Shown piece after piece: positions 1 through 9,847 of a DNA stretch of 64,000 bases. The notes under the pieces are model-generated. The model was given only the letters and a program-made list of their open reading frames with translations. It did no database searches and was not told the origin of the DNA. The DNA is from Promethearchaeota archaeon (lineage in GTDB: Archaea > Asgardarchaeota > Lokiarchaeia > Sigyniarchaeales > SOKP01): assembly GCA_014730165.1 (NCBI GenBank), contig WJIS01000022.1, positions 14,396-78,395 of the forward strand, given 5' to 3'. Each line of letters opens with the position of its first letter. Position 1 is the stretch's first letter. The translations under genes and the position numbers were made by a program.

Positions 1-2867
1 TCTTCAGAGTCTGGTTTAATTTCTTTAGCTATTTGCTCATCCGATTTTTTTTCTAACTCAATTTCTTTCTTCTTAAGTAATTCTCTCTCGGTTTTCTTTT
101 CTGACTCTTTTTCTTCAGCCTCTTCAATTTCTTGTATTTGTTCTTCAACAATTTTTAGCTTTTCTTCCTTAGGTTTCTCCAAAGTAAGTTTATCGATGAC
201 TTGAGGTCTTTTTGTACGAACTGCATTACTCATTAGCAGTTCAAGTTCTTTTTTAGAAATCTGGTCTTTATATTTGCTTCCATCTTGAGCAATATTATAA
301 ACACTTGATACAAACTTCGGAATATATTTTTCAATTAAATTAGCTCGTTTTTCCTTTTTTCTAATTTTATCTCTTCGATTCAAATATACTCTTAATCTTC
401 TCCCAATTGCTTCCAAACAATATTTTATCTCATTTATTAAATTTTCATCATCTGCTAATGAATTTTTTGACTGAGATTTAAACATTAAGTGTACATATGG
501 TCCAGAAACATTGATTAATAATTTTATCGGTCCTTTAGGTAGCCCATTATCATAAGTATCGAGATTATAATTCTTCCAATTTACAGATTGAGCTGCTTTA
601 GTTATAGCACAATCGGCAGTATCTCTCAGTTTTGGTGTTCTATTTACAAATCGAGAAAGGACATCTCTCGATCTTTTTGGCACTTCTAGTTTATTTGAAT
701 AAGCTAGAACTCCCTCTACTACATATGCTAATCCTTTGCCGCTTGTTGGGTCTCTCGTTTCAGCAGCAATAAAATCATCGTCTCTTGTGAAATTTTCTAC
801 AAAATATTCAAATACTTGTTTATAATCATTTTTTTGTGATTCTTCAGAGGTTTTTAAAATGTCTTCCAATTTATCTTCATAATTCTCGGGTTCAAAATAG
901 GGTTCTTCTATGAGAAAAGTTGAAAGAATTTTTGAATTAAATAAATTAATTTTTTCATTATCTATTTTCACATCTTCAAGTTCTTCAGGTTTTAAATTAG
1001 GATTTTCTTGTAATAATTGGTTTTTAATTCCATTTTTAAATATTTTTCTAGATTGAATATATGATTCTTGAGGAGCACCAAAATCATCAAGATTCTCTGA
1101 GACTCTCAATCCTAATTCTTTAATTAACGTATTTTCTAATATCACGTCGCCCACCGGTACTACTGTATCAGTAGGAGGAGACATATATTTAATAGATTTA
1201 AATGCAAAAAACAATGAGTTAAATTGATCATTTGTTAAATCAGACGGACGGGCTTCTGATATTTTCACTTCTAAAACAAGATCTTTCATTTTTCCGACGG
1301 TATTTTTACTTTTAATTTCATTTAATCCGTCCTCATTATCCTTGATAATTTTGTCTATGTTTTTTTTTATCGTATCCTTTTTTCCTCTGATATTTTCTAT
1401 TTGATCTCTAAGCTTTCTAATATCTTTCTTTAATTTTCTTTTTTCTTTTTTAGTATCAGCATTCTGTATCTTATCCTTAATTTTTTTAATTTTTTTGGTA
1501 ATATCATCGATATCCTTATTATAATTATTATATTCAGTTACATGAGACCAATATTTGTCTTTCAATTCATCAGATACAAGCTCATAAACTATTAATTTAT
1601 CCCTTGGTTTATCTGATCTACCATAAACCCTTTTTTCATAACGTGAATAATAGATTGATTTATTTTTTTTCTTAGGTTTATTAATATATCCACTTTTTAA
1701 AATTAAATAGTTCATATTATCTTGTAGATCCTTTTCTGCTAACTCAACGACTTCTTTTGCAGTATTATAGCTCATTCTTACAAAATTATCTTGTAAAAAA
1801 GCAGTTAAAGTCAAATTATTGGACTTTCCAAGTAGATCTTGAAGATCACCTATATTTGTTGAAGAAGGGTGAGGTTTTGCATACTTCGGTTCTGCAGGAA
1901 ATGATGATACCTTACGAGGAAAGATAAATTCCTCATTATATGGATCAATATAAATAATTGTTACATGAGGGTTCATTAATGCAGTTTCCTTTACATACGT
2001 ATCGACATATCCACGAACATATTTGGTATTTAAATAATGGAGCTTAACATACGTTCCATGAAGGAAGGGGACATCTATTTCTGTAGGTTCAATTACATAT
2101 CGCTTTTCATTCTTTGAGGTTGTAAAAAATTCAGAAACTCCCGCATAAATATTATCTGCTGTTTTAGAAACCACTACAATTGGTTTACCAGTAGTATTTT
2201 GGGCATCACTAAATGCACTTGGAGCTCCAAACCCTTGACTCCCCCTAGTTTGTTTTAATTCCATACTTTTTGAAGAGGCTAAATATTTCCCATATTTACC
2301 TAGATCTGATTTAGCCATTCCTAATCCATTATCAAATACTTCAAATTTATAGCTCATAACATTTTTTACATCAATTTCACCTGTAAGTAATGAATGTGCT
2401 TCAGATTCCGTTATACGGATAATCACTAAAGGTTCTTTATCGATAATATTGATGTTGTTGACTGGCTGAATAAGACTTTCCATATCTTTTATTGTATTTT
2501 TTACTTCTATTTCTTCAATTTCTTCTTTCTTTTTTGGTCTTTTTTCCCCTTCTTTTAAAGGAGATTCCTTTTTTTCAGGAATCTTTTCTGATTTTGGAGA
2601 TGTTTTGATTTCTTCCAGTAATGTCTGCCTTGCCTCTTCATTTAAAGTACTGGAAGAATCTTCAGATTGATCACTTTGAAGGATGGAAAAATTCTCTAAA
2701 AAGATCTCTTGATCTAATGTAAATTTGATTGGTGATTCTTCTTTATTTAATTCACTCCATTGAAAAGTTTCAATAGCATCAAGTGCATTATCAAGAAATT
2801 CAGCGCTATATTGAGAGTGTTTCCAATACCCAAACTCAAATCCAACTAATTGAGTTCTTTTTCTCAT
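1..2867 (-). CDS. top6B: DNA topoisomerase VI subunit B (GHKL ATPase + H2TH + transducer); C-terminus runs off the window; absent from the supplied ORF track
   Basis: Manual minus-strand translation is open from 2954 to base 1; first ATG is at 2867..2865. Motifs all lie in one frame (checked at 3 separated points): N-box EFLDNALDA, G1 FDNGLGM (ATG codon at 2318), G2 TRGSQGFGAPSA, PHP...GDLQDLL, H2TH-like LTAFLQDNFVRMSYNTAKEVVELA, transducer RFVNRTPKLRD and LLINVSGPYVHLMFKSQSKNSLAD (~490-560). Confidence 0.8.
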   Translation of the reverse strand, partial: MRKRTQLVGFEFGYWKHSQYSAEFLDNALDAIETFQWSELNKEESPIKFTLDQEIFLENFSILQSDQSEDSSSTLNEEARQTLLEEIKTSPKSEKIPEKKESPLKEGEKRPKKKEEIEEIEVKNTIKDMESLIQPVNNINIIDKEPLVIIRITESEAHSLLTGEIDVKNVMSYKFEVFDNGLGMAKSDLGKYGKYLASSKSMELKQTRGSQGFGAPSAFSDAQNTTGKPIVVVSKTADNIYAGVSEFFTTSKNEKRYVIEPTEIDVPFLHGTYVKLHYLNTKYVRGYVDTYVKETALMNPHVTIIYIDPYNEEFIFPRKVSSFPAEPKYAKPHPSSTNIGDLQDLLGKSNNLTLTAFLQDNFVRMSYNTAKEVVELAEKDLQDNMNYLILKSGYINKPKKKNKSIYYSRYEKRVYGRSDKPRDKLIVYELVSDELKDKYWSHVTEYNNYNKDIDDITKKIKKIKDKIQNADTKKEKRKLKKDIRKLRDQIENIRGKKDTIKKNIDKIIKDNEDGLNEIKSKNTVGKMKDLVLEVKISEARPSDLTNDQFNSLFFAFKSIKYMSPPTDTVVPVGDVILENTLIKELGLRVSENLDDFGAPQESYIQSRKIFKNGIKNQLLQENPNLKPEELEDVKIDNEKINLFNSKILSTFLIEEPYFEPENYEDKLEDILKTSEESQKNDYKQVFEYFVENFTRDDDFIAAETRDPTSGKGLAYVVEGVLAYSNKLEVPKRSRDVLSRFVNRTPKLRDTADCAITKAAQSVNWKNYNLDTYDNGLPKGPIKLLINVSGPYVHLMFKSQSKNSLADDENLINEIKYCLEAIGRRLRVYLNRRDKIRKKEKRANLIEKYIPKFVSSVYNIAQDGSKYKDQISKKELELLMSNAVRTKRPQVIDKLTLEKPKEEKLKIVEEQIQEIEEAEEKESEKKTERELLKKKEIELEKKSDEQIAKEIKPDSE

Positions 2868-3185
2868 GAATTGAGCTATAGTTCCTTGTTTGATGCGTCC
2901 ATCTTCTTCAGTGGTGATTTTTAAAACAGCTCCGATCTTTTTATAATAATAGTTCTAAGTTAACTGATAAATAACTCCTATATAATTATATTGTAATAGA
3001 CTATTAATTATACAATATATACTAGAGCTATTATCAAATATTTATAAACTCAACTTTCTCTGGTAAATGTATGATAAACTTCACTTTTTTAGAAAACTGA
3101 TAAAGTATTTAAACTTTTTCTTCATCCCAAAAGTTTATATACAATGCTACGAAAAAAAAGATACTCAATCACTCTAATATATATT

Positions 3186-4466
3186 TTATAGATCCTTAAT
3201 TCGAAAATTCTCTAATGCGACATCCATAATTCTGGATGCTACGAATCTCTTAGAATGCTTCTCTACGTGTGTGATATGTTTCTCTTTATCTATAATATAA
3301 ACTTCATTTTCAGTACTTTCAAATCCAATATCTTCTCTACCTACATCATTTGCGATAATCATATTCGCATTAGATTTCTTCAATCTTGAATAAGCTCTGT
3401 CAATCAATTCACTTTTTGACACATTTGTTTCCGCTTTAAATGCAACTATGAATACTTTTTTACTCACACTCCTAGCTTCATTTATTATTTTCGGAGTTAG
3501 TCTCATATTGACATTAAGTTCTTTTACTTCATCTGATGATATCTTCCCCTCAATACAGGATGTAGGTGAGTAATCACTTATCGCAGCAGCACATAGAAAC
3601 ATATCATAATTATTCTTTTTTAGTTCTTTCATCACGGTGTTGATGAAATCATCTGTAGAGGTTACATTGACAACATTTAGATAATCTGGAGGTTCGACTG
3701 TACTCTTCCCATTTACTAATAGAACGTCAGCACCACGAGCAGAACACTCTTTTGCAATTTCTATCCCCATTCTTCCCGATGATTGATTTGAAACAAACCT
3801 AATCTCATCAATAGCTTCTCTGCTTGGACCGGCAGTAACAAGAACCTTCATTCCGTGCAGATCCTTCTTGGAAACCAAAAGATCGATAGTCCTATCTATA
3901 ATGTCATCTATACGAGCGATCTTAGCTTTCCCTTCTGAAATACGTGGACCTAAAATCTCAACACCATACTTTCTTAATTTTATCATATTTTCTTTTAGGA
4001 TTGGATGACGAAACATACTCTCGTGCATAGCTGGCACGATAATAATTGGAGTCGAAGAGCCAAAAGCAGTAGTTACTACTGTAGTCACTGGAGTGTCATC
4101 TATTCCAGTCGCAATTTTAGATATAGTATTAGCCGTAGCAGGGCATACCAATATTAGGTCCGCTTGTCCAACCGCACGAGGTCTTTCTCCCGCAAGATAT
4201 ACATGCTCAACCGCACCCGTAAGTTTTGAGATAGCAAGATTACCTGTAGCCCAATGCATCATCTGGGGAGTTATTAATTCTGTTGCAGAGTGAGTCATAA
4301 CCGCTATTACTTCTGCTCCCCTACGCATTAATTCTCTTGCGATGATAGGTGCACTTATTATGGCTACACTTCCCGTTAAACACATACATATAGTTTTTCC
4401 ACGTAGAATTGTTCCTTCAGATTCTACAATATCCTTACTTGGATGTCTACTTTTCATAATAAACAA
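3186..4466 (-). CDS. coaBC: Bifunctional phosphopantothenoylcysteine decarboxylase / phosphopantothenate-cysteine ligase (CoaBC/Dfp)
   Basis: 426 aa. N-terminal flavoprotein motifs CLTGSVAII and PATANTISKIATGIDDTPVTT. C-terminal CoaB motifs VLVTAGPSREAIDEIRFVSNQSSGRMG and AAAISDY. Confidence 0.9.
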   Translation of the reverse strand: MFIMKSRHPSKDIVESEGTILRGKTICMCLTGSVAIISAPIIARELMRRGAEVIAVMTHSATELITPQMMHWATGNLAISKLTGAVEHVYLAGERPRAVGQADLILVCPATANTISKIATGIDDTPVTTVVTTAFGSSTPIIIVPAMHESMFRHPILKENMIKLRKYGVEILGPRISEGKAKIARIDDIIDRTIDLLVSKKDLHGMKVLVTAGPSREAIDEIRFVSNQSSGRMGIEIAKECSARGADVLLVNGKSTVEPPDYLNVVNVTSTDDFINTVMKELKKNNYDMFLCAAAISDYSPTSCIEGKISSDEVKELNVNMRLTPKIINEARSVSKKVFIVAFKAETNVSKSELIDRAYSRLKKSNANMIIANDVGREDIGFESTENEVYIIDKEKHITHVEKHSKRFVASRIMDVALENFRIKDL

Positions 4467-4584
4467 ATTAAGAAATTAATTGTGAAATTGATAATTTTTA
4501 AATTATAATACCTTTATTTAAGGGAACAAAGCAAGCAATAAAAAAATTATCGTGTTAATTAGAAATGAAGAAAATTGATTAAAT

Positions 4585-5460
4585 ATGAAAGTTGGAATAA
4601 TGCTAAATAGAGTAACGTGGGAAATAAAACAATTAATTAATGAATTTAAAATAAAAAATATTTCCTATTCACTGTTAAACAATCAGAAAGTTTTTTTCAG
4701 ATTATCGAAAAACAAGGATGCGTTTAAAGAAGATTTTGATGTTATTTTAGAGCGTTCATTAAGTTATATGAGAGGCCTTTTTACTAGTAGAATATTAGAG
4801 CTAAAAGGATATGAAGTAATAAATAGTTTTGATTGCTTAAACATTACGGGTAATAAATTATTAACCACAATTAGACTTATTGAAGAGGATATAAGAACAC
4901 CGGTTACGGACATTGCTTTTACTAAAGATTCAGCACTGAAATCAATTATGAATGATCTTGGATTCCCAGTAGTTATAAAACCGATAATTGGTTCTTGGGG
5001 AAGATTAATTTCAAAATTAGATGATTATAATACTGCGTCGGGAAATTTAGAATGCAGAGAAATAATGGGAAATATCCTGCAGAAGATTTATTATATTCAA
5101 AATTATGTAGAAACAAAGAATGAAGATATAAACTTTCCTATAGATATTCGAGTTATAGTTATCGGGGAAGACGCTGTTGCTGCTATGGGAAGATTTAGTC
5201 CAGAAAAGGATTTTAGAAGTAATATCGCCATTGGAGGTAGGGCAAAAGAAATTAAATTAACTGAGGAGATAAAAAAGGTTAGTATCAGAGCGACGAAAGC
5301 TGTAAAGGGAGAGATTGTTGGAGTTGATCTAATTTACGAAAATGGTGATCTATCTGTGTTAGAGGTTAATGGAACACCACAATTTAAAGGAATAACGGAA
5401 GCAACAAAAGCAAATATTTCAGAATATATTGCAAACTACATATCGGAAAAATATTCATAG
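4585..5460 (+). CDS. lysX: RimK/LysX-family ATP-grasp ligase (LysW-aminoadipate/glutamate ligase, LysX/ArgX)
   Basis: 291 aa. Motifs match the remembered Thermus LysX pattern: FPVVIKPIIGSWGRLISK, IYYIQNYVE, DIRVIVIGE, GVDLIYENGDLSVLEVNGTPQFKG. Followed by lysZ and lysK. Confidence 0.85.
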   Translation: MKVGIMLNRVTWEIKQLINEFKIKNISYSLLNNQKVFFRLSKNKDAFKEDFDVILERSLSYMRGLFTSRILELKGYEVINSFDCLNITGNKLLTTIRLIEEDIRTPVTDIAFTKDSALKSIMNDLGFPVVIKPIIGSWGRLISKLDDYNTASGNLECREIMGNILQKIYYIQNYVETKNEDINFPIDIRVIVIGEDAVAAMGRFSPEKDFRSNIAIGGRAKEIKLTEEIKKVSIRATKAVKGEIVGVDLIYENGDLSVLEVNGTPQFKGITEATKANISEYIANYISEKYS

Positions 5461-5472
5461 GAGAAAGAAAAT

Positions 5473-6300
5473 ATGAAAGTCGTTATAAAAGTAGGAGGAT
5501 CTCTATTAGCTAAGAATTTTAGCAGAGTTATTGATGATATCTCAATAATTTATAACAAATTCTCAGACAATTATAAACTGATAATTGTTCATGGTGGTGG
5601 ACCTCAGATAAATGAATTTCTTAGAGAAACAAATAAGGAACCGAAATATTTTATTACACCATCAGGTTTTAAAACAAGATATACTGATAAGGAAGCAATA
5701 GAAGCGGCAATAATGGCTTTAGGGGGAAGAAATAACAAGAGATTAGTAGAAGCACTCCAAAAAAGAGGTGTTAATTCGTTTGGTTTTACGGGAATTGATG
5801 GTGGAATCATCGAAGCAAAAAGGAAAGAAAAAATTCTTGTTATGATCAATAATAAAAGAATCTTTAAAAGAGGAGAATTTTCTGGTAAAATAGAGAAAGT
5901 TAATAAGGAAATTATTAATTTTTTGATAGAATCTAAATATCTACCTGTTATTGGTTCTCTAGCTAAAAGTGAGAAGGGAGAGATTGTAAATGTAGACGGA
6001 GATAGAGCAGCTAGTTATATTGCTTCCTCAATTGGCGCAGAAATACTAATAAGTCTTACAGATGTAGAGGGGATTTATAAAGATTATTCTAATCAACAAG
6101 AATTAATTAAAAAGATTTCTAAAGAGGAGCTCAAACGAATTGTAAAGGATTTAGAAGGGGGGATGAAGAAAAAGGTTTATGCTGCATTAGAGGCATTAAA
6201 TATGGGAATTAAAGAATTCATTATATGTTCTGGTTTAATTGAGTCGCCTATATCCAATTCATTACAAAAAAATACGGGGACTGTTATATTAAATGAATAA
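5473..6300 (+). CDS. lysZ: Amino-acid kinase family, [LysW]-aminoadipate/acetylglutamate kinase (LysZ/ArgB)
   Basis: 275 aa. Motifs VIKVGGSLL, IIVHGGGPQIN, NVDGDRAA. Sits between lysX and lysK. Confidence 0.8.
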   Translation: MKVVIKVGGSLLAKNFSRVIDDISIIYNKFSDNYKLIIVHGGGPQINEFLRETNKEPKYFITPSGFKTRYTDKEAIEAAIMALGGRNNKRLVEALQKRGVNSFGFTGIDGGIIEAKRKEKILVMINNKRIFKRGEFSGKIEKVNKEIINFLIESKYLPVIGSLAKSEKGEIVNVDGDRAASYIASSIGAEILISLTDVEGIYKDYSNQQELIKKISKEELKRIVKDLEGGMKKKVYAALEALNMGIKEFIICSGLIESPISNSLQKNTGTVILNE

Positions 6301-7453
6301 GCTTAATTTAATTGGCCCAGTAGAGTTTCTTAAAAAATGTGTTGAATATTATAGTCCTTCTGGAGAGGAGAAGGATTTTAGCCTGTTTTTGTCAAAACTT
6401 CTGAGAAATTCACAATTTAATGTATCTTTTGATAAAGTGGGGAACTTAATTGCCGAGAAAGGAGGAGGGATGCCAACATTATTATTAAGTTCTCATCTGG
6501 ATACAATCCCGGGAAAATTACCAATATACATAGAGAATGGATTTCTTTATGGGAGAGGGTCTGTTGATTGTAAAGCCTCACTCGCTGCGATAATATATTC
6601 GCTTTTAAATCTAGATAACGATGTATTTAGTAAAGGAACAATAATTTTTGGAGGTATAATTAGAGAAGAGGAACGTTTAATAGGAATCCAAGAGTTTTTA
6701 AAAAGAGATTTCACTCCAGACTATGCTTTATTCGGTGAACCTACAGGTATTAATCAGATTTGTATTGGATATAAGGGAAGAATTAGTATGAATTTTCGAG
6801 TTTTAACTAAAACGGGTCATGTTGCTAGTTCATGGCAATATTTCAATGCTATCGAGATTTGCATAGAGATTTGGAATATAATTAAATTATCATGTTGGAG
6901 GCTTAATAAGAATATGAGTGGAGAAAATAAGAAAAATAATTTCTTTAATAAAATAATTCCAAACTTGACATGTATGTCGGGAGGAGAATTATCTAACTGT
7001 GTCCCTTCTGAAGCCAAAATTCAAGTTGATATAAGATTCCCTCCAAAATTCACTTCTGAAGATATTCTAGATGTGATAAGGAATGATATCCTAAATTTCA
7101 AAATACTTTTTGAAAGAGAAAATAATTTTAATTTATCAATAAAAGAAGAAATTAATAGTTTGGTAGAAGCTTATTCAATTATGGGTAATAACCTTATCGC
7201 TAATGCCTTAAGATGGGCAATCTATAAAGTGACTAAAGTAAAACCGAAATTAATAAAAAAAACCGGAACAACATTTATCAATAATATTGGTAAGCATTAT
7301 TCTATACCTTCGATAACATATGGTCCTGGAGATCCTAAATTAGAACATACAGATAATGAAAATATAAATATTCAAGAATATCTTAATTGTATTAAAGTTT
7401 ATAATAGCTTTTATAAGAAGTTTTTTGAATTATATAAAAAAGAACATATATAA
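6293..7453 (+). CDS. lysK: M20 peptidase, [LysW]-lysine/ornithine hydrolase (LysK/ArgE-like)
   Basis: 386 aa. M20 motifs SHLDTIPG and GRGSVDCKASLAA, then YGPGDPKLEHTDNE. Overlaps the lysZ stop by 8 nt. Confidence 0.75.
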   Translation: MNKLNLIGPVEFLKKCVEYYSPSGEEKDFSLFLSKLLRNSQFNVSFDKVGNLIAEKGGGMPTLLLSSHLDTIPGKLPIYIENGFLYGRGSVDCKASLAAIIYSLLNLDNDVFSKGTIIFGGIIREEERLIGIQEFLKRDFTPDYALFGEPTGINQICIGYKGRISMNFRVLTKTGHVASSWQYFNAIEICIEIWNIIKLSCWRLNKNMSGENKKNNFFNKIIPNLTCMSGGELSNCVPSEAKIQVDIRFPPKFTSEDILDVIRNDILNFKILFERENNFNLSIKEEINSLVEAYSIMGNNLIANALRWAIYKVTKVKPKLIKKTGTTFINNIGKHYSIPSITYGPGDPKLEHTDNENINIQEYLNCIKVYNSFYKKFFELYKKEHI

Positions 7454-7495
7454 TCCCAAAAAAATCCTAAATACGGAATAGAATCAATTAAAATC

Positions 7496-9847
7496 TTAGT
7501 TTTCTTGGTTGATCACATGTATCTTGAGTTTTAATTTATGAGCAAATTCTGAAAAAGTTTTGAATTCTTTTGACGTGATTACCTGTTTTTTATCTAATCC
7601 AATAATTTTGATAATCCTTTTACCATAAAAGGTTTCTAAGACTTCGGAAATATCATAGGAATTACCTTTCTTTTTTATAAACGAGGACTCAAATTCGGTT
7701 TTTCTTATTTTCAAGATTCTAGGAATATATTTACTAAATGAGGTATGTTTCATTTTTTTTAAATTAAAGACATAAGTACTTCCAACTTCATTATGATCTA
7801 ATAATTCTTGAATAAAATTGTTTATAAGGTTGGGAAAAATTTCTTTGAACTCCTTTAATTTTATATTCTCATTAAGCAAGGGTTTAATAATCTCATAATA
7901 AGGAAGGTTTAAACCCCTTAAATCGTATGATAAATTTAATAAAATCAATAAAGCATCTATTTTTCCCTTGGGATTTTTCTTAATCTGATTAAAAACATAC
8001 GATTTTTCTTGATTTATAAAATTAAATAAGAATTTATTAAATTCATCAACAAACTTATCGTAATGGGGTATAAACTGTCGGTTTGCATTATTAGCTGCTA
8101 GATCACTTGCTTCAAAAGGATCAAGCTCTTTATTTTTTACAGATTCAACTAAAGATAATGGATAGTAGCCTTCAATATAATCCATACCCTCTGAAATTTT
8201 CCTTATAACATCCTTAAAAGAAGATTTTGTAATTGTGTTTACCGTTTTTATGATATTTGTTTCTATCCTTACTGGAGTCTTAAGACAAAAGCAAAGGTCG
8301 AAAGGTTTTAAATCATGGAAAAGAGAATTGTTTTGATCTGGGATTATTAGCTGGGATCCATAAGCATTAACAATACTGCCTTTTATAGGTTTGCTTGCTA
8401 AATCCCATTCGATGATTTGAACTTTATCAATGGAATAGTTTTTATTGATTTCATAGGAATAGTCCATACTCTTTGTAAGAAGGGATATACTATCTCTTAT
8501 CTCCACTTTATGGTCTTCTTCACCCCAAAATTGCTTTTTATAATAGAAAATATCAGGGAATTTCGTAAAATCATCAAGAAATAATTCACGCATAATAAAA
8601 TAGTTAATCCCTATCTCCGAAGATTTAATTGTGGAATCTTTCATACCATAAAATCCAATCTTCCTAATAATATAGTGATAAACGGGATTTTTAAGATTCT
8701 CTCGATCATGATTCACAATATATGTGTTTCTTTTCTTTTTGAAATCGATTTTGGATTTTTTCAAATTATATTTTTTCATTAAAAATAGGAGATACGCAAA
8801 TTTCTTTAAATAAACTTTTTTTTCTAATTCCTTAAATTCTCGTTTATACTTTTTATAATCGGGAAGATATCGTTCTGGGGATATACCAATTGTCTCAAAT
8901 TGTTCTTTCATTAGGTTTAATTTTTCTAAAACACAGAAGTTATCTATTTCTTTTATAAAATACTCCAAAAGTTCCTTTTTTAATTCTTCAATGAAATTTT
9001 CATTAAATAATCCTTGATATCTGGAATTTATTTTTATCAGATCATTTTTATATTTACTTAGGAAAAAAAGTGAAAAATAGCGCTCGTTAAAATCTGTGGA
9101 ATGCAACAGTTCAGAAAAATCAGATAATAGTAAAGATAAAAAATTCGTTTCCTCATGAGTGAATATTTTTTCTACTGAATTGATGATTCTAAGTAGATTA
9201 AAGAATGAATATTTCGAAATATTGTTCATGAATCGCTGAAAACCATTTTGAATTAAATCCATATACTTTTCTAAATACCTTCCTAGCTCTTTTTCATAAA
9301 CATCAAGAATAAATTCAAAGAATTCAATAAATAGGTTCTTTTCAATAGATATTCTTAAATAATTTGCTATTATCTCATCAGATTTCAAATTGTCTATTAA
9401 AGCTTTCTGCAAGTAATTTAATCCCTCAATATAATTTCTATCGAGATTAAAATTTTTATCAGCAATTAATCTAAAATTTTCACTCTTTTTGCTTGAACCA
9501 AAGTCTTCGGATGTTAAATGATAGTTTTCAATGTTATTTAGAAGGTTAATAGAAATCTCTTCATCAATGTAAAGAAGGATTTTTATAAAATGCTCACATA
9601 TTTTTTGATTTAATTCTGAATATATCAAGAATGAAGGACAGTCATGAAAAATTTCCATTTTTTCACTATCAATAATTAAGTGAAATTCCCGATCTTCATC
9701 AAAGATAACTGCTCGTATATGAATTGGTTTTTTATGAAATGAAATAATGTTAATCTTGTTATTTGGAAACTCCTGTCCTTTTTTATAAACCCCCTTTCCG
9801 ACGATACTTTTGATAAGATGAGATATTCTGTCTTCTTTCACTTTCAA
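7496..9847 (-). CDS. SWIM-like zinc-finger protein, 783 aa, third gene of the AAA+/VWA operon
   Basis: The N-terminus GKGVYKKGQ...IRAVIFDEDREFHLIIDSEKMEIFHDCPSFLIYSELNQKICEHFIKILLYI fits the SWIM pattern (CxCPx(n)CxH) with the first Cys replaced by His. The remaining ~650 aa are helical with no motif I recognise. The TTG start (9847..9845) overlaps the VWA gene TGA stop as TTGA. Confidence 0.6.
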   Translation of the reverse strand: MKVKEDRISHLIKSIVGKGVYKKGQEFPNNKINIISFHKKPIHIRAVIFDEDREFHLIIDSEKMEIFHDCPSFLIYSELNQKICEHFIKILLYIDEEISINLLNNIENYHLTSEDFGSSKKSENFRLIADKNFNLDRNYIEGLNYLQKALIDNLKSDEIIANYLRISIEKNLFIEFFEFILDVYEKELGRYLEKYMDLIQNGFQRFMNNISKYSFFNLLRIINSVEKIFTHEETNFLSLLLSDFSELLHSTDFNERYFSLFFLSKYKNDLIKINSRYQGLFNENFIEELKKELLEYFIKEIDNFCVLEKLNLMKEQFETIGISPERYLPDYKKYKREFKELEKKVYLKKFAYLLFLMKKYNLKKSKIDFKKKRNTYIVNHDRENLKNPVYHYIIRKIGFYGMKDSTIKSSEIGINYFIMRELFLDDFTKFPDIFYYKKQFWGEEDHKVEIRDSISLLTKSMDYSYEINKNYSIDKVQIIEWDLASKPIKGSIVNAYGSQLIIPDQNNSLFHDLKPFDLCFCLKTPVRIETNIIKTVNTITKSSFKDVIRKISEGMDYIEGYYPLSLVESVKNKELDPFEASDLAANNANRQFIPHYDKFVDEFNKFLFNFINQEKSYVFNQIKKNPKGKIDALLILLNLSYDLRGLNLPYYEIIKPLLNENIKLKEFKEIFPNLINNFIQELLDHNEVGSTYVFNLKKMKHTSFSKYIPRILKIRKTEFESSFIKKKGNSYDISEVLETFYGKRIIKIIGLDKKQVITSKEFKTFSEFAHKLKLKIHVINQEN

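Noticed and set aside
4467-4584. A search for a small lysW-type ORF upstream of lysX.
   Set aside because: The 118-bp spacer has stops in all frames and no Cys-pair-encoding segment. It looks like a divergent promoter region for coaBC and lysX.
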